A DNA stretch of 46,275 nucleotides. Origin: an uncultured Methanospirillum sp. GTDB taxonomy: Archaea > Halobacteriota > Methanomicrobia > Methanomicrobiales > Methanospirillaceae. The stretch spans positions 1-46,275 of the forward strand of contig CAZWTX010000020.1 in NCBI GenBank assembly GCA_964637135.1. Direction: 5' to 3'. The position numbers and the translations under genes were made by a program. Each line of letters starts with the position of its first letter. Position 1 is the first letter of the stretch. Below the pieces are notes generated by a model. That model made no database searches and was not told the origin of the DNA. It was given only the letters and a program-made list of their open reading frames with translations. Below are positions 36,411 to 46,103 of this stretch, piece after piece.

Positions 36411-39400
36411 ATGATGAATACCGGTACGATCGGGGTATCCGGGCCACGGATAAGGGTGGACCGAAAATCACTCGTAGTCTCCGCCAGAGCCGGTAAAAAA
36501 AACTGCACCGGGACGATACGGATAGTAAACGACGGGAGGGGAGAGCTCAGCGGAAGGGTGTTTTCCAGTGTTCCATGGATTCATGCCAGGACATCCTCGT
36601 TTCTGACCACATTCATCCATGACATCATCGTTGAGATTGATCCTGCTGCAATCCCTCCCGGTTCATGCGGAGAGGGCATTATCGGGATCATAAGCAACGG
36701 CGGTTCGGTCCAGATACCGGTGAGGTATATCCCTTCACCGCAGGTCACAGCGATGCTTTCGGTCGAATCACAGACGATCCAGATCTGCAACCTTGCGAGG
36801 GGAGAAACCGCCCGGACAACCCTCATCATCAGAAACAAGGGATGTGGATTTCTTTCCGGATCGGTATCCTCATATGACGACTGGATTTGCATCCCGTCAC
36901 GCACGATATGGACAAAGGATATCCAGATAATCCCGGTTGACATCCGAACGGGGCGGGCTCCCGGTGTTCTCCACCCGGTTGGCAGGATCCTCATCAGGAC
37001 AAACGGGGGGGAAGAGACCGTTTCCGTGTCACTTGGATTTGCACAGGGTTCACGACCAGTGATCAGGGTCCGCCCCGAGCGGATACGGGTTTCATGGAAT
37101 GTCCACGGGATCATCGAGGAACGGCTTTTAATCGCCAACGACGGGATGGCCACTCTCAGGGGGACCATCCCGGCCTCATCTTCCGGGCTGACAGCGGTTC
37201 CCGCGATATTCACGGTTGAACCCGGGCAGGTGGCCAGGATTATCATCCGAATCGACACCCGCCGCTGCTGCCAGGGTGATTCCTGCACGTTGACGCTTCC
37301 GGTGATCACCAGTATCGGCCCGGTGAGTATTCCGGTTGAGGTTACCCGGAGTAACCGGCATCCGGTGAAACGTCCCCCCGTTGTACGCCGCCGCCTCAGA
37401 CCGGTCAGACGGGTGAAGCGGATGACCGCCTACGTAAACGGTGAGCCGATATCCCTCGTATCATCGGGTAAAAGCGGAGGGGAAGGGGAGATCTGGTTCT
37501 GTCCGGATGCCGGGAACCTCTGTGTGAAGATCTTTCATCCACATCGGATCACTCCTGATCTCGAGGAGAAGATCCGGGAGATGGCGGAGTTTCCACCCGG
37601 ACCGGAGATCTGTGCACGGACAACCTGGCCGAGAGCCCTCGTTTCCGACAAGCCATCAGGCGGGAGGTTTATCGGGTACCTGATGACAAGGATTCCGGAA
37701 GACCGGTTCAGGCCAGCACATCTCTGGTATGACAACCCGGCCGGTACAGATGACATGGCTGCCAGGATACGGGCAGCGGGTGAACTGGCTAATCTGGTTG
37801 ATCTCATTCACAAAGCCGGGCACGGGATCGGCGATCTCAGGGAGAATAATATCCTCGTGTCCGGCGACGGGCAGGTTCTCATCATTGATACCGATTCTTT
37901 TCAGATCAGGGGCAGATCAAAGCGGCTGTATCCCTGCATGGTTGGCACGGGGGAGTATCTTCCCCCTGAACTCCTCCGTTCCGGAGGAGCAGGCCTGTGC
38001 CGGGACCGGATGAATGCAGACCGGTTTGCCCTCGGTATCCTGATCTTCCGCTTTCTCATGGACGGCGTGCATCCGTTCCAGGCAAAAGGAGAACTGGTTG
38101 CCGGTTCGCCTGCGACGACTGACAAAATTCTCCTCGGGTACTATGCCTACGAGACCAGGACACCAGGGATATCCCCCCCTGAATATGCACCCCCATACAC
38201 AAGAATCCCCCCGCCGGTCAGATCCCTCTTTTATGAAGTATTTGTTTCAGGCCATTCTATTCCTGAAAAACGGCCGGATCCTGCACGGTGGCATACCGTT
38301 CTCTCCCAGGTCCGGGTAACGAAAAAGCCGGAGAAATCCCGTCCGGCCCCCCGGGTAGAAGACCCACAGGTTTCCCGGGAGGTGACAACTCCGCCCCGTC
38401 ATACCGACCAGGAAGGGATTCCGGTCATGATCAGGGACCGGATTGTCCGGATTACCAGTGGAACGGTCTTCCAGACCGACCGGGAAGGATATTATGCGGT
38501 TATATTCCGGCAGAGTCCATCATCCAAAAGCAGGAACCGGCCCGGCCTAGCAGGAACATCCCCTTCCTGGATCATACCGGCATCCTGCCTCTGTAATTCA
38601 CAGGGCCGCCCGTGCGGCTACCTGGTTCCGGCTTTTGATCCGGCCCGGTATCGGCACTGGCACATGATATCTGATCCCGGAACCCGTGTTCCTGCATTCG
38701 GATCCGGGTACTCCTTCCTCCACCGCATCGCTGCCTGTCGCAACCTTGCCATCTCCCTTGCCTCGCTCCAGGCTGCCGGATTATTCCCCCTCTCGTTCAG
38801 TGAACGGAGTGTTTTCACCGGTCCTGACAGTTCGGTCAGGATATTTGTATCCGGCTCCTCCGGTTCGTGCGACGGGTGGGCCGGGATATATGTTACAGCC
38901 ACTGAGCTCATCCACCAGATGCTTACCGGCGGGTACCGGCCAGGCCGTGAAGGAACGGGCATTACTCACATGAGAACACTCCCGGTACCAGTCAGGAGAA
39001 CATTCGAACGATACAATGAAAGCGGGATCCCTCCCCTTCCAAGGGAGTGGTTCTCCCTGCTGGATGCAGTCTTTCATCAGATGATAAGGTGCCCCAACGG
39101 CGCGGATCACTGGTATCTTGGCGCCGAAGGCTGGTGTCCGTTCTGTCATCCGCATGGTCTGTCCGGCAGCTCTCTCCCTCCGGGCAGTGTGCCATTCCTT
39201 CTTCCCGCGGAGTCAGCATCTACGAAAAGGCGGAGGGTTAGACGTCTTCTTCGGCTGTCACGACGTTCACGACCGTCAGTATCACCCGGACCGTTTCTTC
39301 TTGCCGTTCCAGGGAAAGAGAACCTCCTCCCCGGCTGCAGGTACCTGGCATCTCTGACTGGTGATATCCCCGGTGCACAACGCGTTATGCTGTATCTGCC

Positions 39401-39752
39401 AGGGGGAACTGCACTGGTTCCGGCGTTCAGGGTTCCGCTCTCACTCGTCTGTGTCCAGGAATCACCGCCATTCCCAGGTGAGCTATCCCCTTCCATCTTT
39501 CCGGACATCTCGCTAATCGATGAGATGAGGTGGTATTCTGCCATGGACCGGCTCAGGGGTGAAGAGTGGGCCCGGGCAAAACGGAAGAGAATGCCCCGGG
39601 TGCGCCAGGTGAAATGCCCGGTTCAGGTAATGCTCTTCCCGATCGATCTTCCTGCCCCGGTTCCCGGACCCGGGCGGATTCCATCCGGAAGAAGAGAAAA
39701 GAAGGGAATCCGGAAGAAGATACAGAGAATCCTCGATGACTTCATGGGATGA
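36411..39752 (+). CDS. YegI-like Ser/Thr kinase with three N-terminal Ig-like repeats, a second degenerate kinase-like domain and a Zn-ribbon
   Basis: SGGEGEIW, VKIF, IGDLRENNILV, IDTDSFQ, VGTGEYLPPE, DRFALG, GVHPF, KRP; repeats I.N.G.G.L.G...W...NGG; C-terminal CPNGADHWY...CPFC. Confidence 0.88.
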   Translation: MMNTGTIGVSGPRIRVDRKSLVVSARAGKKNCTGTIRIVNDGRGELSGRVFSSVPWIHARTSSFLTTFIHDIIVEIDPAAIPPGSCGEGIIGIISNGGSVQIPVRYIPSPQVTAMLSVESQTIQICNLARGETARTTLIIRNKGCGFLSGSVSSYDDWICIPSRTIWTKDIQIIPVDIRTGRAPGVLHPVGRILIRTNGGEETVSVSLGFAQGSRPVIRVRPERIRVSWNVHGIIEERLLIANDGMATLRGTIPASSSGLTAVPAIFTVEPGQVARIIIRIDTRRCCQGDSCTLTLPVITSIGPVSIPVEVTRSNRHPVKRPPVVRRRLRPVRRVKRMTAYVNGEPISLVSSGKSGGEGEIWFCPDAGNLCVKIFHPHRITPDLEEKIREMAEFPPGPEICARTTWPRALVSDKPSGGRFIGYLMTRIPEDRFRPAHLWYDNPAGTDDMAARIRAAGELANLVDLIHKAGHGIGDLRENNILVSGDGQVLIIDTDSFQIRGRSKRLYPCMVGTGEYLPPELLRSGGAGLCRDRMNADRFALGILIFRFLMDGVHPFQAKGELVAGSPATTDKILLGYYAYETRTPGISPPEYAPPYTRIPPPVRSLFYEVFVSGHSIPEKRPDPARWHTVLSQVRVTKKPEKSRPAPRVEDPQVSREVTTPPRHTDQEGIPVMIRDRIVRITSGTVFQTDREGYYAVIFRQSPSSKSRNRPGLAGTSPSWIIPASCLCNSQGRPCGYLVPAFDPARYRHWHMISDPGTRVPAFGSGYSFLHRIAACRNLAISLASLQAAGLFPLSFSERSVFTGPDSSVRIFVSGSSGSCDGWAGIYVTATELIHQMLTGGYRPGREGTGITHMRTLPVPVRRTFERYNESGIPPLPREWFSLLDAVFHQMIRCPNGADHWYLGAEGWCPFCHPHGLSGSSLPPGSVPFLLPAESASTKRRRVRRLLRLSRRSRPSVSPGPFLLAVPGKENLLPGCRYLASLTGDIPGAQRVMLYLPGGTALVPAFRVPLSLVCVQESPPFPGELSPSIFPDISLIDEMRWYSAMDRLRGEEWARAKRKRMPRVRQVKCPVQVMLFPIDLPAPVPGPGRIPSGRREKKGIRKKIQRILDDFMG

Positions 39753-39827
39753 ACTATCCCTTCGGGCGATATGCTATCCATGCTGATGACATACCGGTAT
39801 TACGAGTAAACATCCTGTCCGGATACC

Positions 39828-40496
39828 ATGTTCAAATTTACACCCCCAGATAACCAGTATTCAGATGAGAAGTCAATCAATGAAACCTTAACCCACCTGA
39901 AACTGCAGAAAACCCGGGGCGATCTCGGTGCTGCCATTGCAGCGGTTATTCTCTCGTATTCCCCCCGGGATCTTGAAACAATGAGATGGAACTTCACCGG
40001 GAAGATCCAGTCTTATAATGCTGAGTTACGGAAAGAACTTGAAGAGACCGTTACTACTCATCTTCTTGGAACATATCAGCAGGTGCGGCTGATGAACCAG
40101 CAGGGTTCGTTTGCCATAATGACGGAACCGGCACCGGAGGCCTCCCCGGCATACTGGGAGATGGTCAGAACCCAGTGCACGGGAACCGGAAAAAAGGGCT
40201 CATCCCTCAGGTTCCTGAAATACCTGTTATCCGGATTCTGCATGCTTGTCCAGCAGATTCCCGGCCACCCGGTTGGCATGCCATTTCCCGGCGGAGACCG
40301 GGTTATTCAGAGCGAGGGGGCATATTACTGTCCGGTGCGGACGAAGGCAAACGATGTCGATGCCGCCCTCTGTCCGTTCTGTCCAGCAGAACAGACACCG
40401 GAAGTCGGGTACCTGAAACCTCCCGTTGACGGCAGCAGAAACCGGAAGCAGGAATTTATCAGGAATTGCTACGATCATCACCACTTCAACGGATAG
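39828..40496 (+). CDS. DUF2115 (UPF0305) family protein
   Basis: PGHPVGMPFPGG...YYCPVR......LCPFCPAEQ. Confidence 0.82.
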   Translation: MFKFTPPDNQYSDEKSINETLTHLKLQKTRGDLGAAIAAVILSYSPRDLETMRWNFTGKIQSYNAELRKELEETVTTHLLGTYQQVRLMNQQGSFAIMTEPAPEASPAYWEMVRTQCTGTGKKGSSLRFLKYLLSGFCMLVQQIPGHPVGMPFPGGDRVIQSEGAYYCPVRTKANDVDAALCPFCPAEQTPEVGYLKPPVDGSRNRKQEFIRNCYDHHHFNG

Positions 40497-40637
40497 GGAT
40501 CATCTAATCAAGTGGCTTTACGGAGAACGGTCATCACACCCACAATCCATCCCGGCGGAGAAGGGCGCGAATCATCCAGTTGCTCCCCGGAATCTCCAGT
40601 CAGAACCCAGGGTTGGGTAAAAAAGAAAGCCTGGTGA

Positions 40638-41210
40638 TCAGGTCCGTTTGTACAGGCAATCCTGTTTTCCATCCAGTACCTCACCCATGCAACAGGTCTG
40701 GTTTGCTGGCTGATAACAGGAATCACCACACTTCTTCCATCCGGAACCGGGATACGCCTTACCCTGGCAACAGGACTCTGTTGCGGGATCATAGCAGGTT
40801 TCACCGCACCGGGTATACCCGGGTCTATCATACACCGTGTTGTTACAGCAGGACTGGGAAGTAATGTTGTAACAGGAGTCCCCGCAGGTGCCCCAGAACA
40901 GTCCATCCTTGACCATTCCATTGCAACAGGACTGGGAAGTCGGATTGTACGTATCGTTTCCGCACAACGGCATGCAGGGGCCGGTTGTCACCTTCTCATG
41001 ACAGCAGCTCTCGATTGACATGTTGTAACAGGTATACCCGCAGGCTGCCCACCGGGTTCCTTCATAGACCGTGCCCTGGCAGCAGGACTGGGTACCCGGG
41101 TCATACACCGCATCACCACACGGTACCGCTTTCTCGGCCACAACCAGAGGGACGATGGAAACAAGGAAGGCAACCATAAGGGTGCCTATTATCATACCGG
41201 TACGGATCAT
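40638..41210 (-). CDS. Secreted cysteine-rich tandem-repeat protein (galaxin-like CG...Y.P....CC.G repeats)
   Basis: Signal peptide followed by six 26-aa repeats containing 24 Cys. Confidence 0.85.
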   Translation of the reverse strand: MIRTGMIIGTLMVAFLVSIVPLVVAEKAVPCGDAVYDPGTQSCCQGTVYEGTRWAACGYTCYNMSIESCCHEKVTTGPCMPLCGNDTYNPTSQSCCNGMVKDGLFWGTCGDSCYNITSQSCCNNTVYDRPGYTRCGETCYDPATESCCQGKAYPGSGWKKCGDSCYQPANQTCCMGEVLDGKQDCLYKRT

Positions 41211-41303
41211 ATCCTACTGTTCATCCTGATCAGGCATCAACCTCCTGTCTGGATCATGGAACCGGCAGGAACAGATATACACGGATTCATCATAAAAGAG
41301 GCA

Positions 41304-41492
41304 ATGGAATATTGTAAAAACCATCAGGAGGAAGAAGCGGTAGCGGTATGCCGCATCTGCCATGCACCTTGTTGCAGCGAGTGCATCAACCTCAAAACAG
41401 GGATCTGCCGGTCATGCGTTCTGAAAGGCGTCACCATTCTCTTTGCGATAATGACCATCGGTGCGTATACCGCGTGGTACTCGCTCCTGTGA
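41304..41492 (+). CDS. Small B-box-like zinc finger protein with C-terminal TM helix
   Basis: YCKNH....AVAVCRIC...CCSEC.......CRSC followed by a hydrophobic tail. Confidence 0.72.
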   Translation: MEYCKNHQEEEAVAVCRICHAPCCSECINLKTGICRSCVLKGVTILFAIMTIGAYTAWYSLL

Positions 41493-41493
41493 T

Positions 41494-42015
41494 TCACTCC
41501 TTCCCGTGCATACACCAGAGAGATAATGCCAGCGCAAGGATGGCAGCCGGCAGAACGAGCATTGTCCATTCGAACGGGTCTTCATCCCCGAGGAGCATCA
41601 CCCGTTCAAGGAAGAGAACGAAGAGCATGATGATGATTACCTGGGCAAGTTGGGTCTTCAGTTCGCTGATACTTTTGATTTTAAGCCATGAGGGACCAGC
41701 CTCATCAGAAGTAATCCGGAACGGGCGGATAAACAGGGTGTATATCCCGAAACTGAAGAGAAGGAGTACAAGTCCGAAGAGAAAATTATCAACCGCCTCA
41801 ACGACAAGAAGCATTGAAGCGGTATCAGGTGAGAGGTGATGAGGAAACAGGGTGTAATTAATCGAGAAAAAGTCAAGAACTGCAAGCAGCGCAGCGGTGA
41901 ATGTCTTCATCGCCCCCATGTAAAACATCAGCAGGGAACCGATAATACTACAGATGACAACGATCAATGAGAGATATCTGAAGGAATAGACATCAAGGTC
42001 GGGAAACCGCTTCAT
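41494..42015 (-). CDS. YqhA/UPF0114 family membrane protein
   Basis: Four TM helices; VEAVDNFLFG.VLLLFSFGIY.LFI, WLKIKSISELK. Confidence 0.85.
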   Translation of the reverse strand: MKRFPDLDVYSFRYLSLIVVICSIIGSLLMFYMGAMKTFTAALLAVLDFFSINYTLFPHHLSPDTASMLLVVEAVDNFLFGLVLLLFSFGIYTLFIRPFRITSDEAGPSWLKIKSISELKTQLAQVIIIMLFVLFLERVMLLGDEDPFEWTMLVLPAAILALALSLWCMHGKE

Positions 42016-42079
42016 AATGTATCTCTCCCATCATGGTATAACCAGATGATGCCTGAATGCCTGTGGGTTTGGTGTGGAA

Positions 42080-42547
42080 ATGACAAACAATCTGAATGAA
42101 CGGACGGTACTGCTGGTCATGGGCTGCCCGAAAGTGCCCGTGCAGACGAGTATCGTCCTCTATCTCTCCGGACGGATGAAAAAAGCAGGAGTCCGGGCAA
42201 TTATCGCGGGAACACCGTCAGCCCGCCAGTTGATCCGGGTCGCAGATACCGAGGGTCATTACATTGACGAGATGCGGGACCTTGACCGGACGATAAACGA
42301 TCTTGCCGAGGGAACGCTCGCTGTATCGGAGACATTTGTCTTCGTGCACAACGATGCCGGGGTCAGTTATGCTGCCACCATTGAGGCCATCACTGGACAG
42401 CCGGTCACCGCGATCATCTTCGGGGCTGAGGCTGAACAGGTGGCTGCAGAGATCACCTTCCCCTGCACAATCATCGCCGAACCGGCAACACATAATCCGA
42501 TGCCATTGAAGAAGAAGATCGAGGAGGCTGCACCATGGGCTGTTTAG
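42080..42547 (+). CDS. DUF1890 family protein
   Basis: MGCP.VPVQ, AGTPSA, FVHNDAGVSYA, HNPMPL; paired with DUF1894. Confidence 0.82.
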   Translation: MTNNLNERTVLLVMGCPKVPVQTSIVLYLSGRMKKAGVRAIIAGTPSARQLIRVADTEGHYIDEMRDLDRTINDLAEGTLAVSETFVFVHNDAGVSYAATIEAITGQPVTAIIFGAEAEQVAAEITFPCTIIAEPATHNPMPLKKKIEEAAPWAV

Positions 42548-42813
42548 AGACCTTACCGTACGAAGTGCTCCAGGCACAGTTATCTTTCAAGGAAGCACGG
42601 GAATATCTTGCCCCGCTTCCTGAAACCTACGATGTAGAACCGGGATACCAGCTTTTCGGGATTCGTATCATCGGTATTCCGCCGATCAGGGTCGCTGTCG
42701 ATGGCGATGCAATCATTTTCCCGTATACGAAACCCTGCCACGGGACATTCCTGGTGAAGGTTCCCGAAGCACATGCAGAGATCGAACGGCTCCGTTCACG
42801 CAGGAAGAAATAA
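42535..42813 (+). CDS. DUF1894 family protein
   Basis: MGCLE...SFKEAREY...PGY...G.PPI...FPYTKPCHGTF. Confidence 0.82.
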   Translation: MGCLETLPYEVLQAQLSFKEAREYLAPLPETYDVEPGYQLFGIRIIGIPPIRVAVDGDAIIFPYTKPCHGTFLVKVPEAHAEIERLRSRRKK

Positions 42814-42815
42814 GG

Positions 42816-43508
42816 ATGCGCCCGCATGTGATCGTCAACGTCGCCGTGAGTGCAGACGGAAAACTATCAACCCGGGAGCGAAGACAGGTACGCATATCCG
42901 GTTCTGCAGACTTTGACCGGGTCGATGAATTGAAGGCTGGATCAGATGCAATCATGGTCGGAATCGGAACGGTCCTTGCAGATAATCCATCCCTGACCAT
43001 CAAATCCGATGAACGGATCGCAGGGAGAAGACGCGAGGGAAAACCGGATCACCCGGTCCGTATCGTCATCGACAGCATGGCACGGACGCCACCGGACGCA
43101 AAGATCCTGCACAAGGGGCCCGGGAAGCGGATCATCGCGGTATCAGGGAAAGCTCCTGCCGACCGTATCGATCAGCTCAGCCAATACGCTTCGGTCATCA
43201 GAACCGGAGAAGAGCAGGTGGACCTGCCAGGGCTATTCGTTATCCTTAAATCAAGGGGGATTCACCGGCTGATGGTCGAAGGCGGGGGTACGCTCATTGC
43301 CGGGTTGTTTGCCGCAGGACTGGTGGATGAACTCTCGATGTTTGTCGGGAATATGATCATCGGGGGAAGCGATGCACCGACACTTGCCGATGGAACCGGA
43401 TGGTTTTTCGAGGAGGATTTTCCCCGGCTCAGCCTGATCGGGATCACTCCCCTGGATGAGGGAATTCATATCAGGTGGAATGTCGCCAGAACGCAGGAAA
43501 ATAACTAA
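42816..43508 (+). CDS. arfC: 2,5-diamino-6-(ribosylamino)-4(3H)-pyrimidinone 5'-phosphate reductase
   Basis: AVSADGK, DAIMVGIGTVLADNPSLT, PVRIVIDS, LMVEGGGTL, GLVDE. Confidence 0.92.
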   Translation: MRPHVIVNVAVSADGKLSTRERRQVRISGSADFDRVDELKAGSDAIMVGIGTVLADNPSLTIKSDERIAGRRREGKPDHPVRIVIDSMARTPPDAKILHKGPGKRIIAVSGKAPADRIDQLSQYASVIRTGEEQVDLPGLFVILKSRGIHRLMVEGGGTLIAGLFAAGLVDELSMFVGNMIIGGSDAPTLADGTGWFFEEDFPRLSLIGITPLDEGIHIRWNVARTQENN

Positions 43509-43600
43509 TATCGGTCCAACGGAGTCACCAGACCAGAGTCACCGCGCAAATCAGATACCTTATACCCTTTACTGATAAGATACTACTCTGAGTGTTGCGT

Positions 43601-43969
43601 GTGACAGAGGGTACGATCTTTATCGTTGAAGACAATCCGGTGATTGCCGATCTCATCTCCTGGAGACTGTCGGAGATGGGATACCGGGTAGCCGGTATTG
43701 CCGAAGACAGTGCCTCTGCAATGATTAAGGTGAATGAGATCAGGCCGGATCTCATCCTGATGGACATAAATCTGCCAGGAGAGAAAGATGGGATCGAGGT
43801 TGCCCAGGAGATCATCGATACCTACAACATTCCCATCGTCTACATCAGTTCGATTCTTGACGAGCGGATCATGGAACGGGCAAAAGTTACAAAACCCCGG
43901 GGATACATCGTCAAACCGTTCACTGATAACCAGCTGAAGGCCACTATCGAGATGGCCATGCAGTCATAA
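43601..43969 (+). CDS. Stand-alone response regulator receiver protein
   Basis: IVED, PDLILMDI, DGIE, YIVKPF; start uncertain (43592 or 43601). Confidence 0.9.
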   Translation: MTEGTIFIVEDNPVIADLISWRLSEMGYRVAGIAEDSASAMIKVNEIRPDLILMDINLPGEKDGIEVAQEIIDTYNIPIVYISSILDERIMERAKVTKPRGYIVKPFTDNQLKATIEMAMQS

Positions 43970-43975
43970 CGCGGA

Positions 43976-44581
43976 TCAGAGGAGATCCACGAAATTTTTC
44001 AGGATTGCAAGGCCACGGGTACCGCTTTTTTCCGGATGGAACTGGGTACCCCAGGAAGTGTTGTTTCGTATTGCTGATGCAAACGGGCAGATGTATTCTG
44101 TTGATGTCACGGTATACCCGGGAGTCGTATCAGCCCAGAAAGAATGGACAAAGTAGACATACGAGCCGTTCGGTATGCCTGAAAAAAGAGGATCATCAGG
44201 CATCTCAAGGGTGACCTGGTTCCATCCCATATGCGGCACCTTGAACCCGGGGGAACGGGGAAATTTCCTGACAGTTCCCGGGATCAGACTGATGCCGGCA
44301 TGCAGTCCGTGTTCTTCTGAGAAATCCATGAGCATCTGCATTCCAAGGCAGATTCCGAGGATAGGCCGTTCACCCTGTGCCTCATGGAGGAGATCACGGA
44401 GTGAGGAGAGCCGTGTCATCCCTTCGTGAAAAGCACCGACACCAGGCAGTACAATCCCGTCTGCCGACCGGATTATTTCTGGATCGCTTGTAATCACCGG
44501 CGATCCTCCGACCTTCTCAAGGGCCCTGCTCACGCTGCGAAGATTGCCAAGACCATAATCGATGATAGCGATCTCTTTCAT
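43976..44581 (-). CDS. hisH: Imidazole glycerol phosphate synthase glutaminase subunit
   Basis: IDYGLGNLRSV, LPGVGAF, GICLGMQ, PHMGWN, YFVHS, QFHPEKSG. Confidence 0.97.
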   Translation of the reverse strand: MKEIAIIDYGLGNLRSVSRALEKVGGSPVITSDPEIIRSADGIVLPGVGAFHEGMTRLSSLRDLLHEAQGERPILGICLGMQMLMDFSEEHGLHAGISLIPGTVRKFPRSPGFKVPHMGWNQVTLEMPDDPLFSGIPNGSYVYFVHSFWADTTPGYTVTSTEYICPFASAIRNNTSWGTQFHPEKSGTRGLAILKNFVDLL

Positions 44582-45978
44582 TCGTTTGCCACCTTTTTCT
44601 TCCTCCAGCTCCCGGAAGAACTCCAGTCCTCAGGCAGATCATGATCTATCCGCCATTTTTCCATCCGGTCTGCCCATCCGGACCAGAGATCAGGACATGC
44701 TCCCTGAATTCGTTCCAGTACCCCGAGATCACATGCCGGGCACATATAACAACCCATCCGGTCCACACCGTGCCGGTACATATCATTAAACGGTGCATTC
44801 TCGCGGAAGATATAGAGCCACACATGCAGGGCTGTCCAGTTATGAATCGGAGCCAGGCAAACCTGATTCTGGACATACGCATTCCGCCAGACCCGGGGAT
44901 TTTTCATTCGTGAGAATGATTCGTATTTTCTCTGGCCGACAAAGGAGACAATCTCACCGATATTCTCCTCGATATATCTCCGGAGCGGTTCCAGCTTGGC
45001 GACTTTACAGCACCACCGGTCATCAACCGCAGGCGGTCCCCTGATCTCAAACTCCTTCCAGAATTCATCACCGGTTTGGATCGTTATACCGTCCACCCCG
45101 TATGTAGCGATTATATCGTTGACATTCTCATGGGTGGATGGGAATTCAAGCCCGGTATCTATGAAGAGGATGGGTAGTTGTTTGTAGGCATTTTTAACGA
45201 CAAGGAACGTGGCAAGACTATCCTTTCCACCAGAATAGGAGACACTCATAGGGAGATGTTCGTATGGCCCGATCTTCTCTGCGATAAACTGACGGACGGC
45301 TGCCTCGGCACGATCAAGCGGATCGCGGTTTGCCCTGACCGCATAATCCCAGGTCGACGGTCCCGGATCACAGGTTGACGGAAGGTTTTTTCTCGTCTTG
45401 ACCACCTGGCCGCGTTCCATCCGGTTCGCTTCCTCTGCATCAACCCGGGCCCGGCCAACCCCTGCACAGGAGCCAGACCGGGTGACCATGAACACTTCGT
45501 CCCCTGTCCGGACCGACTCCTCGCAATGGACAAGGCCGGGGGCGAGAAGGCTTGAACCTTCGCGGATAGAACCCTCTGCCCCGTCATCGATGATGATATA
45601 CCGGCGGGTTGGTTTCACAATTCCGGCGGCCTCCGGCCGGGGCAGGGCTTCCCACCGGTGGAGGTCTTCGCGGTACCGGATTGCTCCGACTACCGCACCA
45701 CCGAGGACTATCTCTTCCATGCGGTCCTTGTCAGGAACTTTATTCAGAAGGGCTAGCCTTCCTTCAGGAATCAGGGTCATCCCGAATGTCTCCTCGTACA
45801 ACTGATTGATAAAAGCGATATCATCAGGGAATGCAGGCCGGGGATCCCCGGGAGGAGTCAGCGGTACCGGACGAGCCTGGCTGCCACAGGAGCACCGGTC
45901 ACCCAGTACCGGAGTATGGCACGTATCGCACCAGTGGAGGATGATTTTTCCGTGATACAGGCCACCCATAATTACCAT
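44578..45978 (-). CDS. PAPS-reductase-family protein with PUA domain
   Basis: N-terminal WCDTC...CSCG, PPGDPRPAF; PUA region; SYSGGKDS, RWCCKVAK, GQRKYES, RMGCYMCP. Confidence 0.88.
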   Translation of the reverse strand: MVIMGGLYHGKIILHWCDTCHTPVLGDRCSCGSQARPVPLTPPGDPRPAFPDDIAFINQLYEETFGMTLIPEGRLALLNKVPDKDRMEEIVLGGAVVGAIRYREDLHRWEALPRPEAAGIVKPTRRYIIIDDGAEGSIREGSSLLAPGLVHCEESVRTGDEVFMVTRSGSCAGVGRARVDAEEANRMERGQVVKTRKNLPSTCDPGPSTWDYAVRANRDPLDRAEAAVRQFIAEKIGPYEHLPMSVSYSGGKDSLATFLVVKNAYKQLPILFIDTGLEFPSTHENVNDIIATYGVDGITIQTGDEFWKEFEIRGPPAVDDRWCCKVAKLEPLRRYIEENIGEIVSFVGQRKYESFSRMKNPRVWRNAYVQNQVCLAPIHNWTALHVWLYIFRENAPFNDMYRHGVDRMGCYMCPACDLGVLERIQGACPDLWSGWADRMEKWRIDHDLPEDWSSSGSWRKKKVANE

Positions 45979-46103
45979 GGAGGTTGGACAGGTTACCAGA
46001 TACCTCTTCCCATCAGAAGACGTGACCAGTCATCCGATAAATTCAAAAAAACGGCATATTATTGAAATACAAACTATTATATCATGACTTCATCTACCTT
46101 TTA

